Assembly: GCA_000708835.1 (NCBI GenBank)
Contig: DF237232.1
Span: forward strand, 49,307 to 113,306
Source of the DNA: Klebsormidium nitens
Lineage: Eukaryota > Plantae > Klebsormidiophyceae
DNA length: 64,000 bases
Reading direction: 5' to 3'
A program made the position numbers and the translations under genes. A model generated the notes under the pieces. The model did not search any database, was not told where the DNA came from, and saw only the letters and a program-made list of their open reading frames with translations. Position 1 is the stretch's first letter. Every line of letters starts with the position of its first letter. Shown piece after piece: positions 1 through 11,295 of the stretch.

Positions 1-359
1 GCATCCCCTACCAGGAGCTGATGAGCAGCCTGCACGAACTCGACCAACGCATGGCTCGGTCGCCCCCACGACACCGCGTTGGGCTGGACCAGGAGGCCTT
101 GGGAAGTGGCAGCGGTGCGCAGAGGGGTTGGCAGCCTCCGGGATATGTGAGCCCCCCTCCAGCCCGGCCGCTCGCCCGGTCGGCGGCAGCCAAGCGGGCC
201 CCCGCGCGGAGCTACCTGGACCGGCTGCTGCGGCAGCTGCGGGAAGAGCAGACGGCGGCGCAGCGCGGGGGCAGCCATGACCAAGAGCTCCTCAGCAGTG
301 GAACCAAGAGCTTGCCGCCAGAGCACTGGAACAGGACCAAAGGGGGAGGCATAGGCTGA
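1..359 (+). CDS. 3' end of an unidentified protein-coding gene (partial, begins upstream of the window)
   Basis: Frame is open from position 3 (IPYQELMSSLHELDQRMARSPP...SYLDRLLRQLREEQ...) to TGA at 357-359, with GC-rich codon-like composition matching the other exons. No family recognised. Confidence 0.55.
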   Translation, partial: IPYQELMSSLHELDQRMARSPPRHRVGLDQEALGSGSGAQRGWQPPGYVSPPPARPLARSAAAKRAPARSYLDRLLRQLREEQTAAQRGGSHDQELLSSGTKSLPPEHWNRTKGGGIG

Positions 360-739
360 AGATGGGGCTCGGACAGCAACAGGACTGCGCAGCACGTGAC
401 GGCGTCGGATTGTGTTTGGAGTCTGAGTCAGCTTCCTCGAAAAGAGGACCGTCAAAATGTGTGGATAAAGTTGGAGACCCTTACTGGGGCCGAGAGATAG
501 TCGTCAAGATTGAGTACTTGGCCCCGAGGAACTGTAAGTTATGTGAGCTCAATCATATCTGTATTCTTGAAATATAGTGGCTTTCGTCGCGTGGTAGTCA
601 GAAGTCCTGCAACTGAACATACTTGGGACGAAGCTCCAAGAGGACCGAGAATCGTGCCAGAATCACAAGAACGCTCGGTTTGCAATCCCAATGGGTTTTG
701 CCCATCTTCCGACACACCATGCATGACTGAAAGCTGTCA

Positions 740-1630
740 CTGACAACTCAGGTACTATAAGCGGCCGCGCGGCGCTGACCATCGACGACATACGTACATG
801 TGCATAATTGGTCGTATTCATGCGCATGATCGGGAACGGTTCAACAGTTCGCATTAAACTGCATGGCAGTCTAGTTATAGGTGCCGTTCGTTCTGCAAGA
901 CGCAGCCCCGACATCATTGCAGGCGCCGGTCTGCAATGATAAGCATAACTTGTGGTTTTTCTCCTATATGCATTGTGAGGATCAACGTACGAGCGCAAAT
1001 CGATCCCGTTGCAATTACGTACACGTATCCAACTCTCAGGTACTTTGAGGGTGGTCATAGATAAGCAGACGGTTGGGTCGTGCTAGCTGCGGGGCCGCCG
1101 GTTATGCCTAGGTCGGCTTCTTGCCTGCAGAAGCTGGGCCGGGCGCAGCTGCGTGCAAGATTGAACATGTCGTTCCACGCGAAACATATGCGCGAAACTT
1201 ACAGCTTGCTTAATGAAAGTGCATAATGTTGTACAAAATTGTTCGAAATCCGTGAATGATGCAGCTGTGCAGCGCAAGTCCAGCGCGCGCGCTGTGGATC
1301 AAAATATGGCCCGGCGCCTAGGACCCCGCACGTCAATCTGAATTGGTACTTCGTTGAAGCCGGGCAAACGGAGTTCGTATAAGGGGTTGAAGGACTCTGA
1401 CTGCAACCAATACATTGAACATACCACATCCACGAACATAGTACCGTCAGTGATTTGTACACTGGCTCGAGGCCTGCGGGGTTGGAACTTTGCAGCATCC
1501 TCATGTACATGCATGGTCTGGCGGCTGTGAGTCCTAGCTAGCTCCAGCGTGGCGCGCCTGACCGCGGTACACACGGCGACAGCAACGGCCGTGTCCTAGC
1601 TCGCGGTTCAGCATCCTGCGCGCCAGACTC
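740..1630. other. Palindrome-dense convergent spacer tract A
   Basis: Lies between the stop of gene 1 (+) and the stop of TPPP (-). Hand count of 16 palindromic 4-mers in 781-900 (about 7 expected for uniform sequence). Perfect 14-bp palindrome CAGCGCGCGCGCTG at 1281-1294. Boundaries are approximate. Confidence 0.7.
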
Positions 1631-2156
1631 ATGGCGGCAGTCGTTCACCCGCCGGAGAAGCGTCGTGCACAACGTGCAATGCCATGTTGCTTGAAATGTG
1701 CCGGTCCATTCACTCGAGTCTCGGTGCTCATTCCTTTTGTAACAAACACTTCTATTTGGTTCATAGTAGTTCCCTTCTCCATTCAGTCACTGTCACAGGA
1801 AAACAGAACCAGGTCTGGCAGCAAGCCTGTCGTGTGTGCTCGCGTTCTGTGTATGTTACACTAAGATATCATACCAAGCCTCGTAGACGCGACGAGCTAT
1901 CCGAAGTAGCGCCGCCAACCGCTCTAAAGTCCAAAAGTGGAGTCACAACCTATGCTTAATCTCTCTTCGCGTTGATCTCCTCACATCGAGGCGAGAGCTT
2001 CTTCAACCCTGCCTGCATTCCTACCCCATTTAGATTCAAGAAAAGGACTGATCATCGTCCCGGCTTATTCAAGCAGTCGGTCATTGTGTTGGCTGTCCTG
2101 TAGCAGTCCGCCCGGCCGGGATTCCCGGGCGCCCTGCGCTCTTCCTTGGCACGTGC

Positions 2157-5100
2157 CTAGTACTTGTCGTTGATCTTGATCCCGCGGATGTCGGACGCGG
2201 TGCGGTCCGCCAGGCTGGACAGCGTGATCTTGTTGTCCACCGTCGTCGGGCCGCCCTTGGCGTGCACGCCCTGCGCCAACCACCACTCGCAGACGTCAAC
2301 CACACACAAACGTCGTGTCATCCGGCAGGCGGCAAGCGGAACCCATTTTATGCAATGAATGCCTTCATTGAGGGACTGTTGTGATGTCCGAAGGCATCGT
2401 GTTCACAAGCAAGAGGTACTATGGTGGGGCGGTTTGTCTCAAGCCGCAGCGATAAGCCACGGATTGGCAGTCCTCCAGTGTCCGCCTGGGCGGAACCCAA
2501 AGCAAGACAAAGGAGGCAGTCGTTCTCCCGAAGACAGCGGACTTGAGCGGGGCCGGGCGGCTCACGGTGTAGAGCGCCTTGTCGTCGTGGAACTTGACGG
2601 CCTCCGCGACGGTGCCGCTGCTGGAGGGCCCCTTGGCGGCGACCACCTTGGCCTCCACGTCCGCCGCGCTGCACCCCTTGCTCTCCGCGATGGCCGCCAG
2701 CGCTGCCTGGAACTGCAGGTACAGAAGACGGCCCACACCAGGGTGAGTGAGAGTTTGCGGCGGAAAGGAGGCAGGCGGACGAGGGTCAGAGCAAGCAAAG
2801 GGTGTGACACGCGTTTAGTCGGCGCAAGGCATTCCGAACCATGTCTTGGTCTCAGAGGGCAAGGGTTCGTGAGGGCAAAACGGCAAATGTGAGCCTGCGG
2901 CACGCTGCGGAGGGTTTACCTGGCTGAAGGTGATTTTGCGCTCGCCCTTGGGCTTGACCTTGGAGAACACCAGGTCCACGCTCTGCACACCGCGCACGGC
3001 GTCAGCGGGGCCGCCGCCAGCAAGGGGCCGTGCCTGGCTACGGCTTGGCACCAGGGAAAAGCTCCAGAACAACTCCCGCAACCCCGGAGCTCTGAATCAA
3101 CTTGGACAAAGCGACGCGTCAAGCGGACATATGAGTCAGACAAACCGCGGCAACTTCGGGCCTTGTAACTACGAGGACGCGGCAGGAGGTTCGGGCCGCG
3201 CGTGCTGACCGTGGTGGTGAACTTTTTGTCGACGAGGCCGCAGTCCTTGCACAGCTTCACGAACTTGGCGCCGTCCATCTGGTTCACCGGCTGCACGGGG
3301 CGACCAGCACAGGCGTCAGTACAAAGCGCGGCAGAACTTGAGCGCCCGCAAGTGCCGATGCAAAAGCAAGTGACCAGCGTTTTGATTCCTGGGCGAGAGC
3401 GTTTGTCCGTCCTCGCCCGCGCGCGCGCTCCTGCGGCTGACCTTGCCGGAGGAGCCTGCGCCGAAGGAGCAGAAGTCGTCGAAGACGTCCTGCAGGGAGC
3501 CCCCGGTGTAGGACCCCGAGATGCGCTTCTCCGCCTTGAACGACGACTGCGACGACAGCGCCGCCTTCTTGGGGCTGCCGCCCGCAGGCTCCACCGCCGC
3601 GTACCCGCCCTTCTCCGCGCGGTCGAACTTGGGCTTGCCCTCGTCTGGACACAGCGTGACAGCACGAAGTCAGAAAACAATTTCTGCGCACAATAGGGAG
3701 ATGAGCAACAGGGTATCGGTAAACGCGGTGGGGACATCGTTTGGACATGATACTCGCTCGTTGTGGGATTCCACTTAGGAAGGCAGGTGCAAACAAATTG
3801 GCTAATTCGAGGGGAATTGAGTTGTTGTGGAGATGGTTCCCGACGAAGGCAATCGACTTTGCAGCATGGCCTCTAAGGTCGTGCGAAACAAGCTCTACCC
3901 GACTGCTTCTTTCGGGAAATCGTCAAGAGACCGGCTGAATGTTATGTTTGGGCCATTATATCTGTCCATAATGGCTCTCGACGACTCTTGGGCGGATGCT
4001 TTCCGCGCTGCGCCCAGCGGCCTCACCGCTGAGCCGCTTGGGCAGGCCCCTGACGTCAGCCGAGGAGCGGTCGGCGAGGTTGGACAGCGTGATGACGTTG
4101 TCCACGTTGGTGGGGCCGCCCTGCACGTGCGTGCCCGTGTACAGCGACTTGTCGTCGTGGAACTTGTTGGGCTCCGCTTGCTGCACGCACCCGCACCGGC
4201 CACGGGCATCAAGAGGAGCCATGACTACAGGCGTGAAAGTGAAACGACATGCAGTCTTCTATCGCTCTTCGTCTGCCCACCATTGCGCCCTTGAGGGCAC
4301 AGCACCAATTCTCTTTAACCACGTGGGGGCTTCTTCAGCTGCACCCGTCATCGTACAAGGCCAGGGTGTTATGAAGCTCCGTGAATTCAGGCATCCTTAA
4401 CGCAGCTTTTTCAGGCTCTGGCTAGTTCGTTTCCTTCTGGCTGTTCCTTACAGTGCCTGAGGAGGAGGGCCCCCCTGCCGCGACGGCCTTGGCCACGATG
4501 TCGTCCAGCGAGGCGGCCTTCTTTTCGGCCACCAACTCGAGCGCCTTGACGAACTGCACGTAGTCGATCTTGCGGGCACCCTGCAGGACAGTCGGAAAAA
4601 AGGTCAGTCACAAGGGGGAAGTGTCTGAGACGGGTGACAGGCAGGACTTCTTGTTCGCGTTGTACCTGGTATTCTTTCCAAACCAGGCCCCAGGAGTCCA
4701 CGAAGAAGCCCATGAAGCTTTGGCCCAAAGTGTCTGTTCCGTCCAGTTTCCGTTCAGTACAGCATTGCCACCTACGCTTGCACCCACGAGTCTCCAACAT
4801 CCCGGCCAAGAGCCTGTTTGGGTGACCAATCTATTCAATTCTCTGCTTTTACCATTTAGTGACTGCATGAAATATCTCGTATGTATCTTCTTTTTTCGAG
4901 GTGAGACAGGCGTATGATTTTAGGACGGCCCCATTCATCTGACGCCCCTTACCTTGGCTTTGGCCTTGGCGTACGTCAGGTCCACATCGGTGGTGGTAAA
5001 CTTCTTGTCCACAATCTTGGTGTCGCGGCAAAATTTGGCGAACTTGGCCCCGTCCATCTCCTCCACCTGCACACATACACGTGCCGCACATTGTCAGGGA

Positions 5101-5788
5101 TGCGGGGAGGAGCGCAGAAGGAAAGCTGCAGCCGGCAGGCGGGTCCAAAGGAAGGCCAGCCGCAGGCGGTGACAGTGGTAACACCTTTTGCTGCCCAGTG
5201 ACTGCCTGTTGTCTACCTCACAGCGTCTTCACTACCCCCTCCGGCATTCACATTACCCCTTGCTTCAGCATCCTTCTGTTCCAACTTATCCTCAGGGATT
5301 CGAGAAAGAAATGGTGGCAATAGAATTGAAAGCCGATGAATTACCCTCCTCTGATCTTATGACTAAAAGGGAAATTGTTTGCTTCAAGACCAGAGTCTCT
5401 CTCAGAGGGCCTGTCCTGCCAAGAGAGGAGGCTAGCAGTCCATCACAGTGCTCAGTCATGCTTCCTGCCAGCAGCATTGCAAAAGGTCCGACCACCGAGT
5501 GGACCCCTTATTGCGTACTGGAGGCGTACTGAGGCCTTTGCCCCCCAATGCCCCAATGATGCTTTGTCCGCCTGTCATTTCTCACGTCTGCCTCCTATCT
5601 ACACTGTCAAATTTATACCGTCTTTGTCAATATTACAGACATTACGCTGGACCCCTCACACCACATGCGTCTCGCTGAGGCTTCGCTCATTTGGCACTCA
5701 CTCGCTTGCTGCTTCCGAAGGAGCAGAAGGTGACAAACAGTTGCGCCAGTTCATCGGCATGGGGGCCATTGTAGGAAACGGGAGCCAT
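2157..5788 (-). CDS. TPPP: Tubulin polymerization-promoting protein (TPPP family) with two tandem p25-alpha domains, about 363 aa
   Basis: Nine phase-consistent exons with GT-AG boundaries: 5702-5788, 4953-5066, 4452-4580, 4027-4180, 3442-3644, 3210-3290, 2920-2982, 2566-2712, 2157-2270. Two copies of F.sFcSFG...MDGAKF.K.C.D...DKKFTTT.VDL...K.K....RKI and of KFHDDK.LYTG.H..GGPT.VDN.ITLS.LADR, which are p25-alpha hallmarks. Confidence 0.92.
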
Positions 5789-6887
5789 GGCAGCAGGCGG
5801 CAAGGAACAGGCGGCACGGCGCAGTGGCGATATCGTCCTGTTGGTTTCTAGTGTTGGAGGTCAAGTCAATAAAGTGACAAACGTCTTCAAATTAGTCGTG
5901 CGCAGGAGTTTTTCGGCACAAGGAATGTGGGTCCTATATTTTGTATACACTCGAATTCAGTGCTTTCCAAAGTTGATTACTGCACGTACGGTACGTCCAG
6001 ATAACGGTAGCCGGTTGACCCTGCTGCATGTGTCAAGGTCATCAGGTGTGTCTTCCCGTCTTCTATACCTATGTCCAGACCGGACGTATGCTCCTTTCAG
6101 TCGATCGAATCAGGCAAATCTCTTTCACGCAAGCAAGATCTACAGGCTTTCTTTCATCTCGACTCATTTACTAAATGATAAATAATAAATGATTTCGTTT
6201 GATCAGCAGTCTTCAATGTTGCCTCGGCTCGGAGTCGAAATGTCTATCAACGGCGGAGAGACAGCTAGAGGCGGCTAGCTTGTCATTGTCGTCAAAGCGG
6301 TTGTGCGCGAGCTCAAACCTGGCCTATCGGACAATCGTGATCGTCCAACGGTGTTCGCCTTGGATTGGGTGATTCGTCGGAGGCGGTTAAGTACAGTTAG
6401 AAACTTCCATGTCTAATTGCCGTCGATTGGATACTTCAGGCTCCCTGACAAATCTGGGCCGTTGGGGGCTGCCAAAGCAGGATCCCACGTGGTATTTACT
6501 GGGTACTTTTCGGCCGACAATCAGCCAATCCATCCTTAACCTAACCCAGGTTGACACTGACGAAAGTTTGTCCGGACAGCTTGTCCGATGAGCTTTGCTC
6601 AGTGTCAAGCGGTCACCACGAGAACCTTCTGCTGGCAATGTCGGCCGGCGTGCTGCTGCGGCTCTCGGATGAAGCCTCCATCCCCTGTGCGACAAGTCGA
6701 CTGCAGCAACTGCAATCCAGCCCACCCAGCCCAGCTGCTTGCAAGCTGCAATGCACCGGGCAGCTCTCACTGTCTGTGCCTTGGCTCTCCGCTTGATCTT
6801 GGGCGCCCCAGATCCGCCATAGCTGCTAGGAAAGCTGGTGGGTGAGGGACCTCCGGAGCGCTTAAAGTTCAAGTTCCTGGTTGTGGC

Positions 6888-9557
6888 ATGGCGGACCAGC
6901 GCTTGGTCGTCTCCTGCCCGTCGGACACAAGCGGGGGCACAGATGTGCTGACGGTTCTCGGTGGCAAGTCGTCCTGCCGCCGCAAGTTTGCCATGGCGGT
7001 GCACCTAGTGGATGCGGCAGGGACGCTGGTGCCCCGTGACCTCGTCCTGCACGCCGCCGTGGTGTATCATCACGACCACTCTCTTGTGCTGCGTGGGGAG
7101 AAAGCAGCGGAGAGTCCAGTGTTTACAACCTTCAATGGCATTGAGTATCCTGCCACCGACAAGCCAACCCGTATGATTGCAGGAAGGGCCGCATTCAAGC
7201 TAGCTCTAAGCCTCCTGTCCTCCAAGTGCGACAACAGCCTGTTTGCCATCCAGTTCAGCGCACAGTACGCTCCAGGGGCGGAGCAGCTGCTGCCGCTGCC
7301 GCAGGCTGCGTACTCGGGCCCCATCCGGAGCATCTCGCGCAAGAGGAACAGGGTGCCGGGCGCAGGGGGCGGCCACCCAGGTAGGCAATGGAACTACAGC
7401 AAGCCAGCCCCGCTTGCCAGTCTGCTGCGGTGGTGGTCAGCTCGGTTAGTCCGTGTGGAAGCAGGGTTGCTGGTTCTGAGAGTTTGAGTGGTGGACCGAA
7501 TGTACGTGCTTGCCTTCTGCACCATACATTGTGAACTGGCCACTGCGCATTGCTTCATTCGCTGCGAACCTGCACTTTTGAAACTGCTCATACTCAGAGG
7601 CCTCATTCGCTGGAAATGAGTCACCAAATATGCTGTTAACACTTACGTGTACAATGTGTAAAGAGCAGGTCAGCAATGTGATGCTGGAAGACGCACAAGC
7701 ATTGGTATGGATATCCTTTGCACCTCGCATTGGCTTGCCTTGTCTCCAGCCTTGTCACCGAGCCAAGCAGTCCTGCTTGAACGTGCCCTGTTGAACATGG
7801 CTGCCAGGTGGGCTAACACGCGGCTTGAATGTGCAGGCTATCTGGCGGGCAGCCTTCTTGACGAGCTTCCCATCCTGAGGTCCCCTGCGTCCGGCTTTGA
7901 GCAAGAGCAGAGCTCTTCCCCCAGGAAGAAACTGAAGCCCGAGGAGGAGGACGAGGACGAGGAGGACCCAGATGTTCCAGGTCAGAGGGGCAGGTATGGC
8001 TCCCAACAACTTATTTCGGACTCTGCTAGGTTAGATTGTTGCGTGATTAAAAGCTGCTGATTATCTTATTGGCGGCGCAAGAAGTTGATGCTTCAAGGTG
8101 ACAAGGTGATGCGCAGGTTGGCTTAGAGCATGGAAGGAAGGCCCTGATTTTGCACCTTGAGGTTGCAGGTGGCCAGCTTTCCAGGCAGGCCAACTGAGGA
8201 CTGTTTTGATGCTGACAGCCTGCTTTGGGTTTGCAGCAGTCCAGCTCTGCCTTTGGAAGGGGCCAGTGCCGCATCATCCGGAGGGGCTGACCCTCCAAAG
8301 CAGACGCATGCAGAGGCTCCCATGTCGAGTGCCCCACCAGCTGCAGGCCATCCCACAGCCCAGGACAGCATTCTGGGTAGGTGCACTTCTGACGGGCCCG
8401 GTTGCCTCATAAAAACGCCTCTCATTCCATGGAAATAATTATTTCACAATCAAGTCTTGAGAAGACTGAGGGCTTGCAAAGCGCCCTGGGCGTGCATCTT
8501 CTGTCTGCTTGTGTCTCAAGTTCTGTGAGTGAAGAGGAAATATGGCGTGAAGCGTCAGTTCTTACCCGCTCTCGTTCTTTCCCCACCAGGCGCTCGTTTC
8601 CAAGCTCTGCACCCCGCTCCCCTTCACCCTGGCCCTGCCGCTACCCCTACCGGGGACACACCCAGGAGCGCTGGCGGGCCCCCCGTCACCTTTGCAGACC
8701 TGGCATCCATGCTGACCCAGGCAGGAGCCTTTGCGCCAGCTGCCCTCCGGTTACCAGCAGGAGACCCCAGCTCGCCCTCACTTGGAGCGGGGCCCTCGTC
8801 GGGCTCCTTGCCAGGCATGAGCGGCGAGCGCGACGGCCTGGCGTCCCCCATGACTCCCTTGACGTTGGACGCCCTGAACCAGGCCAGTGCCATGGCGGCG
8901 GCCGCCAAGATGGCCGCAGTCATTGGGAGAGCGCTGGAAGGGGGCGGGCATGGAGGCGAAGGGGCGAGCGCGGCAGAGATGGAGCAGCGCAGCCTGGACG
9001 AGGAGGAGCGTACCTTGCAGGTAGGGGGTGATTGGTGGTGATACAGCGCCCCAGACTCGCTGGATATCCCTTCAAATTGTTTGCTTGTGCCAGGAGTTGC
9101 TTCTGTTTGAAGCTGCCTAGCCCTCCTAGCCCAATCCAGGTGCAACCAAGCCTACACTCGTTGGCTGGTGCACGATGAGACAGTTGCATGCAAAGCTCTT
9201 TTTGAGTGCTTATGGCTCCGAGTCTGATCTGCGGGTGAGCCTAGTCTGCCAAATAGCTGGGGCAAGAGCTAAGCCACTACGAAGAAATCCTTGTCGTTGT
9301 ACGAGCCTGTTTGATATCGACCAAAGCGCTGCCCGTTCTTGCCAAACCCTGCCTCACGATGTTGCTTTCAGCAAGTCAGTCTTTTCTGTCGTCTTTTGCA
9401 GTACATGGAGGCCAGCCTGGCCGAGGTGACATTGGAGCTGCTGCGCCGGCGGGAGGAGCTGAGCGTGCGGCGGCGCAGGTACCTGGACCACGAGCAGCGC
9501 ACGAGCGTGGCCCGCCAGTCGCGCCTCATGTGGGCGTGTCCGCCCACGGGCCACTGA
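6888..9557 (+). CDS. CudA-like / plant SH2-domain protein A/B (SHA/SHB)-like protein lacking an SH2 domain, about 500 aa
   Basis: Phase-consistent exons 6888-7380, 7750-7980, 8185-8376, 8590-9020, 9402-9557. Exon 1 encodes SPVFTTFNGIEYPATDKPTRMIAGRAAFKLALSLLSSKCDNSLFAIQF...YSGPIRSISRKRN, resembling from memory the conserved GRASFKLKISQLSSKCDNRLF...PIRCISR block of plant SHA/SHB. The C-terminus is low-complexity or coiled-coil. The true start may lie upstream. Confidence 0.6.
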
Positions 9558-10049
9558 AGCCTCCACGGTCAGGCTCGCTGTGAGTCGAGTAGCATCATCT
9601 GGATCAGATATGCAACGGGTTGTTGCACTATATGGGAACTAGGACTGACCTCCTTACTAATCAGGCAGGCGGGCTTCAAGTAAGTTATTGGTGTCTTGGT
9701 ACTGGACGGGTTGCAAGCTTTCCAGTAGGTAAAGGTGTGTGTGGGGACACGTGCACTATGCTAGCAATGATCCTAAGACTCAGGTACTAGAAGTGAACCG
9801 ACCATCTGGATTCCTTGACAACTGAGGAAGAAGCAACTCAACATGCTCCGACTGAGCATTCTTCTAAATTACCGTGCACGAAAGCAGATGACTGCCCCGA
9901 CTTGGACAGATTGCAATACAGACTCGTGCAGTGAATGGATAATACGATAGTCACTAAGCTTCCGTTGAGGCAGTCACCGTTAGCCACAACCATGGGTTGT
10001 GGCTAGCCCGAGGCGCCCAATTGCACACAGCATCTCACATCCTTCTATG

Positions 10050-11290
10050 CGAGATCTTGATTCCAATGAATCAGGAGACAATTACTGTATGGAGTAGACG
10101 GTAAGCGTGCTTCGATCGACAAGCTGACATATGATAGTGCCCCGGCCCTCCTTTTGAATCACCGTATACGTTCCATGTACATGCATCATGGCAGTGCATG
10201 CCATACAGATTGTTGCATGCGATCTGCACAGTAGTGTGAGTGGGCTGCGGATCCGATATGATTGCTTTGAACGGCCTGCTACAATGATGCATCATTGCCG
10301 CGGGCACGTATTGCATGGAGGAATATGTGCGTGCCGGGTGAGGAGGGACCCGCCATGCCTTATAGCTTATAGTGCTCAATATCATGGGCCATCCGTACTG
10401 TCCCTGATCGAACAAGATCGATCGAGTTCGATCACGTATAGTAAAGCTATTGTTTGTGTGTCGCGCGGCATGCCACATATGTGATCGCGCTCCACATTCA
10501 ACCAATTGGCGCAGTCGATCGCTGAAACAATGATATCGTATTGGCCCATAATCCACTTGAAATGTTCACTTGATCGGATATAGCTGCGTGCACCGCGGGA
10601 GCGCGCGCTTCCAGATGCGCGTGCACATGTTCGTTCGGCATATATATACTACACCTAACATGATTGCTAGCTCTTGAGCTGATTGACAACCATATCCATC
10701 AAATCGTGACGTACTGATGCAGTGACAATTGCGGATTGTTGTGGTGCGGTAGGTGGCCCGCCGACTCGAGCTAGCCCGCCAGATACAGCGTTATTGTTCG
10801 CCATAAGTTGGTCTATGCAATGTATTAAGTATCTTAGATTTTCGATGACGGTTGTAAACAATTTGGCAATTGCGTTCGCAGGGTTCGATGGGCCAGCTAC
10901 TGCGTATTTTAAGCAAGACAATTGCAAGTCGATCCGTTACCTGTGAGCGCAGCATCCGAATTCGCACTTGTTCAACCTCTCCGACTCAGCGTCCAGCCAC
11001 CTCAAATGCACCGCGCGCGTGCTCCTCTCCTGACGGTTATTTCCATGGTTATCTCCTCTGTCCGATCACCCGGCGCGCAGAGCAACTACTGCGCTAGGCT
11101 AATGTAGCTACTGCAGCTTAACATTTTGCTAACTTAGAATTATGTACGCTTACGCAGCAAGTCGTCATCTGGTATTATGCAACCAACCAAGGCTAGCTAG
11201 ACACGTATTCTGACCCTTTTGAATCAAAGAATATTTACGAATCCTTCAGTATCTAGGCTAAGGCAGCAGCAGCGACATAATTAATTTGAG
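10050..11290. other. Palindrome-dense convergent spacer tract B
   Basis: Lies between the CudA-like gene (+) and the O-FucT gene (-). 17 palindromic 4-mers in 10141-10260. Contains CATGTACATG at 10174-10183 and GATCGATCGAGTTCGATC near 10416. Boundaries are approximate. Confidence 0.75.
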
Positions 11291-11295
11291 CTAAG

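Noticed and set aside
362-743. Short ORFs 362-577 and 510-743 after gene 1
   Set aside because: They sit in 3'UTR position with AT-richer composition and no motif.
10071-10556. ORFs inside the palindromic tracts (also 663-1058, 38122-38544, 47410-47787)
   Set aside because: They are rich in His, Met, Cys and Tyr as expected from CATG, TGCA and TATA words, with no splice-consistent partners or family motifs. Treated as non-coding.
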